Assembly: GCA_002633005.1 (NCBI GenBank)
Contig: NMRA01000202.1
Location: forward strand, 620,087-684,086
From: Phoronis australis
Lineage: Eukaryota > Animalia > Phoronida
Direction of reading: 5' to 3'
Length of the DNA: 64,000 nucleotides
Within the stretch, counting starts at the first letter, position 1, and each line of letters starts with the position of its first letter. The notes under the pieces were generated by a model. It worked only from the letters and a program-made list of their open reading frames with translations, made no database searches and was not told the origin of the DNA. Positions 1-12,400 of the stretch are shown here, one piece after another. Position numbers and translations under genes: made by a program.

Positions 1-499
1 GTTTGGCAAATCAAATGACTTAACGCCCACCTTGAACTCTCTTAGAGACAGTGGCGAGCGTGGTTTGTCAACTCCAAAAGTCCCGAATGAAAACAGTGCG
101 GCATCGAGGAATAGTATTGCTAATAACATGACCTTGCAGGCTCAGTCCAGGACAATGAAGACATCTGTCAGTAGCATTGAGAATATCAAGCACAAAATGC
201 CTGTCAATCAAGTGAAAGAGTCGCAGGTGGGCGGAGCCGTTCACGTTGGTCGCAATATTGCGGAAGACTACATCAAAACTGTGAATATGGCAGCAACAAA
301 AATCCAGCGATTTTACCGAAAGTTCTTGCGTAGGAAACGCACCAGCGAGGCGGCGATGCGCCGTCTGTTGGCTCAGAAGAGGGAAGACATGCAGAATCAA
401 CTGAGGAAGTCTGGTGAAGTGACAGCACGTAGGACTGAGGAGGATCGTAAGAAGGCACGGGAGGAGAAAGCTCGTGTTGCCAGGCAACAGGCTATACAG
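1..499 (+). CDS. CEP131: CEP131 exon (5'-truncated, IQ motif)
   Basis: Frame 2 is open from base 2; ends ATACAG|gtgtgt. Confidence 0.85.
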
Positions 500-3400
500 G
501 TGTGTTTGATTGTGTCAGTGTGGTTATGCGGTGGTGACATCAGAACTGTTGAAACATTCCACCTTGGTTTTATTTAAAACTATTTGGAACTCTTGATCGC
601 ATAACACTGTGATAACATAACCAAGAATATTTTGAGTTGTGTGTCCATGTGTGGTCAGAAAATTCTTAAAAGGAAATGACCATTTTTAATGTTACCTTTA
701 GTAAAAATGCAGATCTGTCTCTTGTAGAGACATTTTGATGTTGACAACTGTTCCGTTCATATGGCGAGTATGGAACAGTATAAAGTGACATAATGGCACT
801 CATTTTGGTTTTGCATTCATCTATTCAGAAAACACGAATAACCCACCCAATAGGTAGTATATGTTTCCTTAACAGAACTGAATGCAGAACCAAGGTTTGG
901 GCCCTTCATCGACTCGGTTATGTCACTTTTTATTGTTCCATAGATAGTGACTAAATGCGAGGAGAACAGTAACAAACACCGAAAAATGTATTTTCAAGAT
1001 AATCAGGGATCTGTACTACTTAACCTAACATCGAAAACTGTTGCTTTTCCCAGAAAAGTCTATCTGGAATGGGTTCTTTGTAGGCCAGTGTATGGCATGC
1101 AAAGTTTTTTTGATCTCTCCAAACTCTCAAGCTTGAGAAATGATAGCCCTGTCCAATTTTATTTATCTGGAACAGGTTGATGAACTGACTACTCTTAGCT
1201 TCTGAAAAATTCTGGTCTGCACTACAATGGTGCCTTGATTTTAAAGTATGTGCCATTGTTATGATTATTTTACACACAATATTTTGCAAAAAAAATAAAA
1301 TGCATCTGTTTTATGCAACCACTTAATGCAATCAAAGAATGTTTTGATATAAGAGGTTGAAAAGTAAACACTGCGTCATTCCTTACTTTCTTAGGAACTG
1401 CAACAAAAGCGTGAAGAAAAACGTCTGGAGAACCAGCGAATCGCAGAGGAGGAGGTCGCCATGCTGCAGGCCAGTGGCAAAATCTCCAAATCACCAGTTA
1501 AGGGCAAGAAGAAGGTGCTGACGAAGACCCGGCCCAAGAACGCCATCCCTGTGGCCGATTCAGACACTGACGTGGAACCAGTGAACTCATCACGACCCAA
1601 CACTGCCAGCAGTGTCGGTCGTAAGGTGGATGACATATTTAAGGTTGGTTACGGTTGGAGTTATTGGTAATGGTAATCTGGTAATCTGTTGCCTGATTGT
1701 TTGGTGTCATTTTGGTAATTTGGAAATGACCTTGATCATAGGTTTAAGTGTACTTTAATGTAATTTCAAGATTGGAGACAACACCCAATTGGACAACTCT
1801 GTCACTTCAAATTATTGAAGGATGCGTCAAGTAACTGATTTTGAATGATCTTATCACCAGAACATCACAACTAGATTGTAACCTAGACCTCCGATCACTC
1901 TGGTGTTTTCACTTATATATTGATCAAGGCAGTTTCCAGTCGATGCTTTTGACCAATTCTTAGACTTATACTTTTCCGTCAAGTAGTAATGTGTCGAAAA
2001 ATAGATTGGGGCAACGTACGACCATAGAAAAGTGTCCAAATTTGATCAACTTTGGAACGTCATATCTCTGAAATCATGGCTGATTGTATTTCATTGTGAA
2101 ACTTTCACATACTATGGCTTGTACACAGTTCTCCAAAGTGTTCAACTTTTGCATTTGGGACGTTCAAAAAAAGGACCTGTCTTTTTATGAAAAAAGTTGA
2201 ATAAAAGCGGAATGATATTTTAGAAAACTGTCGCAACATTTTTGAGATTTCATCTTAAACCATTATATCAAATGAAATTTAGTCAATCGACACATTATTG
2301 ATACTGCTGTTTTGCGATGAATGTGTTCTAAATTTTACTGAAAAAAACTGTCGTGTGACCCAATTAGTGGCACATTGGTGTTAAGTCAAAAATATTATTT
2401 TACAGACTTTCTACTTTAAAGAAAATATATACTTCTGCTCATAGTTAAAATTTATAGCTTCGTAGACATTTGACGCTGACATTCTTGTCGATAAGGCCTA
2501 TATTACCTTGAGCAAACATTCACAGTTACGTGTCTGTTTCAGAGCGAGACTCCTCGTAATAACTCAGCCCGAATGGATGATGACTCGGCCACAGACATCA
2601 CACTGAACACGCAGCGGACAGAAGAGAGTGAAGATGACCAGGGTCTCGCTGCCAGTAATGCTGGCACTAAGACCACTCTGGAGGACCTGATGAACACCAT
2701 CAAACTGTTGGAACAAGAGGACAAGTTCCCCACCCCAAGGAACGAGCTCAAGAAAAGTTTGGGTTGGTTTGGTTTCATTACTTTGATTACAGATGGCACT
2801 TCTGGGCCCGGTCTCTTTGTACTCGAAACGAACTTGAAACTATTTTTGGCAATTTCTCTGCTCCTTTTGTGCGAACTTAAGATAATTGGTTATGAGACTG
2901 TGCTCGAATACATTATAGTTTATGCATAGGAGTTTCTAGTTCAAGTTTGCCCTTGAAGACCCTTATATTCGTGCTACAAACTCGAGTAAAAACTCGAAAT
3001 TTCGAGTCCAAACTCAAACTTATTGCTTTAATATTGGGTTTACAAACTGTGAACTAAGGCCAATAAATTACTCGAGCATAGAATAATAGACACTTATCTT
3101 GAGTTCGCCCAAAAGTAGAGTAGAAAATTCCAAACCTAATTTCGAGTTCCATTTCGAGTAAAAAGATTGGAGACCGGGCCCAGATGACGATCAGTAGTTG
3201 CGATTGTTTTTAGTGTTGTGCAGGGGTTTAAGCTTTGAAGTTAGCCAGGGTGACATTTTTGACCTGAGCAGAAAATTTTCACATTTCTATTAAACTTTTG
3301 GTGTTGACAAAATCTGAGGCCAAGACTTGTTGGTAGTACATGCTTGTTGGCGATACATTTACTCGAAAGCTAAGCATAATGGTGCTCACTTTTGATGCAT

Positions 3401-6400
3401 CAAATTACCCTAGCTTGTTTATCTTAGTTCAATCCTACAGGTGTCACTTGTTGCAGGTGCCGATGATGACGGTGACCATGACGACTACCTGTCCTCCGAC
3501 AAGCTGGAGAAGCTCAACAACCCGCTGAAGAGCATGACTCAGAGTGCCAACTTGACCGACGCCAAGCTGAAGAGTATCATGTCCTTTCTGGACGAAGTGG
3601 AGACGGCCGAGAGGATGAGTGAGATAGATCAGGTGAGCTGTACCGTGTGTATGCATCTTGGGGGTGTAGAACCTGTGGTGGTGGGGCATGTATGAGTTTT
3701 TGATTTTTCCATTGTCATGAACAGAAATCTGTTTGAGCAAACAAAGTTGATTTTCCTCAATTTTGTATATCGGTGAATTCCACTTTACTGGTTCAAAGCA
3801 ATAATTAGATGAAAGCGCTCTGAGAAGCGAAACTTGGCGAAATTAACCAAAAAGATGACGATAAAGATGATGACGAAGATGACAAATATGACGACGATGG
3901 TGGCGAGGATGAACAAAAGAAGTAATAATAACATACACATGAGGAACGTAGAAGTCCGAAATAAGTAAGAAAAAGGCTACAGTCTTGAGCGACACTTGGT
4001 GAAATTAACGGAAACGACAACGACGGAGATGATGACGAAGATGATGATCGTGGTGGCGATGATGAACAACATCACAACATTCATGTGACGAACTTAGATG
4101 TCATAAATCAATAAGAAATAGGCTACAGTTTAGTTCAATAGAAGATAAACCAACATCAATGCAGCAAGAGCGCTCAACAAAGGAACAGCGTTATCAAAAA
4201 ATCACAAATAACTCGAAAAGTAGACGTCCTAGCAAAAAATGGAAAACATCTTCTGAAAGCCCGTTCAAAATTCTATCTAAACTGATGGTATCGTCTAATT
4301 CCGTAAATTTTTCGAAAAAAATGAAATTTTGCATTTTTTTTAAGAAATTCAAAGTCAAATAACTCGAAAACGGTAAGTCTGAGAAAAAAATTGTTACAGN
4401 AATTAACGGAAAAGACAACGACGGAGATGATGACGAAGATGATGACGAATATGATGATGGTGGTGGCGATGATGAACAACATCACAACATTCATATGACG
4501 AACTTAGATGTCATAAATCAATAAGAAATAGGCTACAGTCTAGTTCAATAGAAGATAAACCAACATCAATGCAGCAAGAGCGCTCAACAAAGGAACAGCG
4601 TTATCAGAAAATCACAAATAACTCGAAAAGTAGACATCCTAGTGAAAAATGGAAAACATCTGAAAGCCCGTTCAAAATTCTATCTAAACTGATGGTATCG
4701 CCTAATTCCGTAAATTTTTTGAAAAAAATGAAATTTTGCGGTTTTTTTTAAGAAATTCAAAGTCAAATAACTCGAATATGGTAAGTCTGAGAAAAAAATT
4801 GTTACAGGCCATTTGAAAGAATATACTTCAAAGAATCCACATGCAAAAAATCACGTCTTTTTCTCTTCCCGTTTAAAATCGCACTCCAGCACGACTGAAA
4901 ATGGGTCAACATGTGCCAGATCCGCCATCTTGAAAGCAACTTCCAGTTTTTTGGCTTTGTATAATAGCATGTCATAAGAAACTAATACCTGTAAAAATTC
5001 GAAGGAATTGGTCTTATAATGCGCCCTCTACAGGAGAAAACGTTTTTAGGCCAAAATCGTGGTGCGCATGCGCGATCGCTGATATTTCCGCCATCTTTAA
5101 CCGGAAGTAAACAATTTCCGGTATACTTGTAGAAAACTTCCGCTCCATTTACTGTGCCGATTCTTAGCCTTTTACGTAAAAAATTGTAGCCTCCAGAAGC
5201 ATTTGAACCTTTAAATGAAAATAAAATGGCCGCCACAGCCGCCATCTTGGATCCGAATTTGACGAAAAACAATAGGCTTCTAGTACTTCCGGAAGTACGT
5301 GTTACGTGTAAATTTCGTGATGATCGGACGAAAATTGCGACCTGTATCGTGCGAACAAACAAAAAAAAAACTTAGTGGAAGAGCAACATACTTGGCGAAA
5401 TAAATAACATAAAAAGGTTATGGGAAATACCTTGCTCTTTCTGCTATTTTTGTGCCACATCATTATTTTACCGTTAATTTGCTGCATGACTTTATTGTTT
5501 CTCAAAACTAGAAAATGAACAGCACCACCTTCAGAAAGAATGAACAACTTTAGCATGTCTAACAAACTGTCAATCGACTTGAGGCCAGAATTGATCTCGA
5601 GTGACTAATTTGATTTGTTATATTCATGATTTTAGAAATTGAAAACCAAAAATATTAGAGTACTATGATATCTACTATTGAAGTAGTGTCTACTTACTGA
5701 TATAAATTAGTTAATAATTTCTTGGACAGAACGCAGGTTTAAAGCCACTTTAAGCGGAGCGATGGTTTTTATTACCCTGTGGCTGAAGTAAGCCAAATAA
5801 ACATTCTCAGCTTGTAACTCTAATAGATTTCAGTCATCATTTGTGAAGTACAAATTTTTTAAAATCTACTTGGACTGATAAGTTGGCTCTTGCATACTGT
5901 AGTCTTCATGTATAAAACTGATTGGTTTGTATGCTTTGTGTTTGTAGAAATAGTTGCCTTGTTGGTTTATTGCCATTAGTTACATTACAATGCTTTCATA
6001 ATTCTTCAGGATCTGAATCGGGTCAACGACATACTGGTGAAGCCAGCACCACTGGTGCCATCTGCTGAGCAGCTGGCTCAACTGGAGCAGGTCTCAGCGC
6101 AGACGGCGGAGGTAACCAACACAGTGCTTGCGCAGCGCCTTGAGCTGGAGGAACGAAGTAGGACGGTGCAGATACTGCAGAAAGCTCTGGTAATCATCTA
6201 CAGTGTTTCATTTTACTAACACTTAGGGAGCTGCACTGTTGGGTTCAGTGTCATTGTATGCCTCCTGAATTGAGTAGAGAGGAAGGGGTTACATGTTTAT
6301 CTCTTGAAAATGAAAAATTGAAATGTGCCAGTTTTAGCTGGGCATCTAATGCTTTGTACTCAGTGGAAAAGAAATAACCATGTCATAATTTAGGTTCTGT

Positions 6401-9400
6401 AGACACTAAAGCAACAATCCAAGTGCAGTCAAACCGCGTTACAGTGAACCCTTGCACGACTTGTCCAAAACAGTAAAAGTTTGCTGTAAATCAAATCCGT
6501 GTTAGAGTCGAGTTGGCTTGGGACTAGTTGTTGTGAAATGGCACGGCATGAATGAGTGAATGTTATGACAGGCACATTGGAATTCAAGTGTACATAACTG
6601 TGTACACCTGTTTTCCTTAATTACTATTGAGGTTCAGGTTTTCATCTCCAAACTCAAACACGGAACTTACCAATCGCCCTGCATAAATTGAGTACAAATC
6701 TGTAAGTTAACTTGAAGAGTCCTATGCCATTGGTCAATTTTTCAGTGAAGTTTATAGTCCACACTGAGCACTTAGACTTCTTGCCCTTTTCTGTGATCAG
6801 CTTTGTGATTACATGGAGAGGTACCTTGTTCTTGTTTTCTCATTTGATTCAATAATATCTTGGAATTTCACGTCCTAGGTATGGTTCATTTTGTTCTGGC
6901 TCAATATACAAACTTGACTCTTGAGATTACTTCTGATGCCTGTTCTGTCAGTCACTAAGTTTTATTGATGGTTGTCCATTTTTGTTTTCAGAACCAGCAG
7001 AGGGAGCTAACAGTCAGGCATGCCAAGGAAACAGAACGGGAAATGAAGAAGAGGCTTGACGTACAGAAGCAAGAGTATGAAGAAACCATAAAGAGGCACT
7101 TGTCCTTTATTGATCAGGTATGTCTTTTTTTCCTAAAACATACTACTGGCTAAAAGTTAGTATCTAGTTATGTCTAGTGAGCATTGTCCTTTATTGATCA
7201 GGTATGCCTTTTTTCCTAAAACATACTACTGGCTAAAAGTTAGTACCTAGTTATGTCTAGTGAGCATGTTTGTACTTGAGTGTAGACTATAGTGGCTGAG
7301 GCCTTAGACTCATTCATATCCAACTGAATCACAAATGTTTAAATTCCAGCTGATCGATGACAAGAAAGTGCTGAGCGAGAAATGTGAGAATATGGTAAAA
7401 GAGCTGAAGACTCTGGACAAAAAGTATGGTGATAAGTTGAAACAGTTAGACGAAAAGTAAGTACACAGCCCAGGGGTCCCCCCCGTTGTAGAGTATAAAA
7501 CAGCCCATGGATTTTCCCATTCTAGAATACAGACAAAGTCCGAGGGATCTCCCCCTTCTAGAGATCAGCCCAGGAGGATTCTGTCATTCTGGATTACAGA
7601 CACAGTCCGCGAAGATCCCCCTGTTGTAAAGTACAGACACAATCGGGGGGATCCTCTCATTCTGGACTACAGGCACAGCTTGGGGGATCCTTTCATTCTA
7701 AAGTACTGAAACAGCCCTGAAGGATTCTTCCCTTGTAAAATAGACACAACTCTAGGAATTCTCTTGTTCTTGAGTTTAAACGCAGCCTGGGGATGTTTCT
7801 GTTCTAGAGTATGACACAGCCTGGGGGAATCTCCCATTCTAGAGTACAGACGCACAGCCCAGGGGATCCATTTTAAAGTGCAAAGAGTATTCAGTTTCTG
7901 GGGGTCTACCTCCAACATTGCGTAGTTTCATTTCTTTTGACCTCTTTTATTTACTCACTGAAATGAAGCAAATAAAAAACCCAAATCCAACGCTGTAAAG
8001 TGTACATTGGTTTTGGGGGTTCTCGGTAAGTCTTGTGTGAGTAGTTGAAATTCTTTATTTGTGTAGTATTTTACATGACTTTTGTGAATTAATTTGCTTC
8101 TCAATAGATGGTGTTTACTAGAATCTAAATTGAATGTATTCTTGCACAGGTGATCCGTCTAATCAGCAGAAGTGGTTTGTTATCACGTTATGTTAGTGGC
8201 TGAAACATGTTTTGTGTGTTGTTTTTATGTGACAGTGTTGAATCATTGTAGCCACTCTGTGGAGCTGACGAAAATAAAAGAAACTCATGCAGCTGCTGAG
8301 AAACTTAGAAGGGAGCGCTGGATTGATGAGAAGACTAAGAAAATTAAGGTGATATTTGCAACGTTGTGGGGACTAGTTACTTGTCCTTTGTGTTGACTTT
8401 GGCTTTGTTCTTTTCAATGTGGTCACAAACCTAACTGATATAAACTTGTTCCGAAGTGATGCACTTTCAACAAATAATCAAATTGTTTGAAAATGATGAA
8501 AATTGAGTGTGGAATTATCAAAATAATTTTTTAACTTCTCATGCTGCACTAGCAAAATGACCACCACAGTTGAAGAGCAGTGATCTTAAATTTTCATGAA
8601 TTGTACGTAAAAACACAAATTCATGTGGAGCAGTTTGCTGTAATTTGCTAAATCTTCCTAGTATTTTAGTGAGGTCTCCTGTTTGATGGCACTCTCTGTG
8701 TGCTCTACTCTTGTGAAATAAAGGAATGGGTGCCTTTAATAAGTAGTATCAAACTGGAGGGCATTTCCTAATGCTGGTATCCTAAAGATTTTTCTGAAAG
8801 ACAAATCTGCTTTCTAAGGAAAAGTATGAAGTTTTGACATTTAGTTTTGAAAAGTCCACCCTGTACTCTGGGCCTGTTTTGAACAGACAACCCTGTACAT
8901 TGTGCTTGTTTTGCAGGAGATGACTGTGAAAGGTCTGGAGCCAGAAATCCAGCGTCTCATTGCCAAACATAAGGCCGAGATGAAGAAAGTCAAATCCATC
9001 CACGAGGCGGAGCTGTTGCGAGCGGATGAGCGTGCAGGCCAGCGATATATTGAGATGACGGAGCAGTTACGTGATCAATTGGCCAAGGAGAAGGATCTAG
9101 CATGCCAGCGGGAGAGGGAGTTAGCAGCCTCAAGGTAGGGGCACATAGTGCAGGCAAAATGAGGCATGTTCAAGGTAGGGGTGGATTGGGGGAAATAGTA
9201 CGCGGAAAATGAAGGCAGTGGATGATGGAATTGGAGCCTGGATTGAAGAAGATTGATCCAGAGAGTTCAGGGGAATGAAGGCTAGTGGGAGGGTAGGGGC
9301 TTGTTGGGTCAAACTAGGTGAGAGAGTTGAGATTAGCGGGAAAGAGGACTTGTGTCAGGGCTTGGAATTTTCCTCTTTTAAGAGGGTTTCTTCTTTTTTG

Positions 9401-12400
9401 GTCTCGATTTCCTCGTATTTGATTTCCAGTTTGCTCTTCTTCTTTTTTGGCTCTTTTTCTCATCATTTTGGTTTATTCATGCTAAAACATTTATTTCAGT
9501 TTAATTTTACCGCACCAAAATATTTCTTTAACACAAGTCTGTGGAACGATACATCATCTGGAAAATTTTCCTCTTTTTTGTCATTGGTCATTCCAAACCC
9601 TGTTGTATTGTCAAGAAAATGACACACTGACGGAAAAGAGTTCAGCAGAGTTGCAGTCTATGTGTTATGGCTGTATACAGATGATAGTTCAAGGGAACCA
9701 TGGTTGGCTGTGACAGGAGCTAGCAGTCTCTATGTAGAGACTGGCATTGCAAATGGGTCTGGGTATTAATGCTTGTGATATAGGGAGGCAGCAGCATCCA
9801 GATAGAGGCAAATATTTCTGGGCCAGTAAGACTGTCTACAGTAAGGCATCGTGATAGTAAATAGCTGTAAATATTTATTCAGGATAAAAACATGGTTTTC
9901 AGTATCATAATTCTGTTCTGCCATAGGCTACTGATAAGACAGAAACCTGACTAGCAACAAAATTAAAGAGCAAAATAAATTAATTAAAAAAAATTAGAAA
10001 CAAACTGGCAATAGCTGTGTGAAAGACTACTAAACATCAAGATACCTCGACTTAAAGATAACTATCGATTCACTGAGTGACAAAAATCAGAATCAAGAAA
10101 AATGAATGTTTGCCAAAGTTAGTGATCATTGTGTGTTCAGATATGAGAAGCAAATGCACCAAGAAGAGGAATCTTACCAGGCGCAGCGCCGGCGACTGCA
10201 CCAGGAGGTGCAAGAGGAGAAAGAGCGACTGTCCCAGCAGGCAATGAGGCAACGGGCGGAGATAGACAAACTGCAGCGACAGCTGGAGGATTCTCACTCG
10301 CACTCGGTGGAGGCAATGAAGGAAGAGTATGAGAAAGCACGGGAAGAGCAGGAGAGGAGACATGACGTGAGTGGGGGGAACAAAGTTGTGAAAAGGAGGG
10401 AAAGAGACGTGGGGTGCGTGGGAGATGAGGGTAGGAAAGTGGTTTGTGGGAGGTAAGAGCAGGAAAAAATTTGTGTGGCTGTGGGGGACACGGGAGATCA
10501 TGTGGTGAGTGTGAGGAAAAATTTGTGGAAGAGAGGGGAAGAGACATTGGGTGTGTGGTGACAGGTGACTCTTGGTAAGGAGAGGGGAGGAAAGAGGAGA
10601 TGAAGTGATGAAGGGTCATTGATGTGGACATATTATTCCTGTGGTTTCTACATATACATGACTGCATTCTGTTTGAAACTTTTCTGATTATGGGAAAGGT
10701 CACAAAACTTTTTATTTACCCAAAAACAAGTGAATATTTCTAGGTTTAGAATGAACATTATGTTGAATATTACCCATGTTGACGATCAGAATTAGTACAC
10801 TGGCCGCGTTCCTGATTCCGCTATGACCTGATCCAACCTTTGACCTATTTCAGGGTGAGCTAAAATCACTAAAGGAGCAACTGGATATTGAGAAGACAGC
10901 ATGGGAAGAGAACTATATGAAGAAACAGGAGACGTGGATGTTGCAGAAGGAGCGGGAGTTGAAGGAGCAAGTGAGGAGAGACCGCGACAAGGAGATAGAG
11001 ATGGTGATCATGAGGTTGGAGACGGACAGTGTGTCGGCTAAGGAGGAGTGTGAGAGGGCAGCGGAGAACAGGATCAAGTAGGTCAAGGGGCAGGTGGTGA
11101 AAGTCAAGGGGCAGGTGGTGTAGGTCAAGGAGCAGGTGGTGTAGGTCAAGGGGCAGGCGGTGTAGGTCAAGGGGCAGGTGGTGTAGGTCAAGGGGCAGGT
11201 GGTGTAGGTCATGGGGCAGGTGGTGGCATGATGTGCAGTGAATAAATGTGGATCAGATTTTGAGTACAGTACGTCAAGGGGTGGGGTGTGAGAGGGTAAC
11301 GGACAACAGGATCAAGTAGATCAAGGTGCTGGTGGTGTAGGTCAAGGGGTTGCATGGTATGGTGAACTAAAGCTGGATCAGATGTTGAGTACAGTATGTC
11401 GAGGGGTGGGGTGTGAGAGGGCAGTAGAGAACAGGATCGAGGTGAACGGATCGGTAAGGTACGGTTGAGGGATGGGCCATGTAGAGTGAAGTAACGAGGT
11501 AGTGGAGTTATGTCAAGTAAGGTAGCTAATATTCATGTACCCCTTGATTATCTCTACCATAATTACACACTTAAGTGTTGGATAATGTAGGTGGAAGTAA
11601 GTCAAATTTGAATGAAGTTAAAGGTGAGAGGAAGGGGATGTTGGTGCACCTTCTGTTGAATAACGATGTACCTTCTGTTGGACCTGGGTATGTGTTCTTT
11701 TGGACCAGGATGTACCTTTTTTTGGACCAGGATGTACCTTCTGTTGAACCAGAATGTACCTTCTGATGGACCATAGTTTATCATCCATTTGATCAGAGTG
11801 CACCTTGTAACTGAAGTTAGGGAAAATTTTGGTGCATTAGTAATCGTACAACAAACAATGTTATAGAAGGGACTGTTATAAACTAAGGACATTGTAGCAT
11901 GTAGTTTTAGTTTTGAAATAAACTGTTACTGTTTCAGACGTATCCGTGACAAGTACGAGTCAGAAATGACTGAGCTAGAGAGGTCAGAGCGACAAGCTAT
12001 GGAAAAGTATAATGAAATGAAGGTGTGTGCATGTCGTGCGTTAGTGTTGTCAATACTGGATCCGATATTGTGATTGAAAATGTGTTCACTTTGTAACGGA
12101 GTAGATCAAAATGAAGTACATTACCTTCAACATTTTGTTATTCTCTGTGATGAAAGTGTTATTTTGCACTGACTTAAGGTGGCTTTAAAAACACAGAACT
12201 TTGATTTGTGACTCAATGGAGCATAGTTCACTTAATAAACAACAACATTTTGTGGCACACAATGTTGATCTCGATCGAAGGCAAAAGCAATACATGAACT
12301 GAAACCCTGTACTTTTTTAAGGAATTGTTTTCTGCTGCTTAGTAATGGCTTGGCAGTCACTTAATTCTCAGGTTCAGTGTCTTGCAAGTGGTCATTACAT

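Noticed and set aside
4159-4751. Two near-identical short ORFs (MQQERSTKEQ...)
   Set aside because: They come from the duplicated repeat around the N at 4400 and show no domain or splice support.
10913-11212. Minus-strand ORF with (TYTTCPL)n repeats
   Set aside because: It is the antisense reading of the 21-bp intronic repeat and a CEP131 exon.
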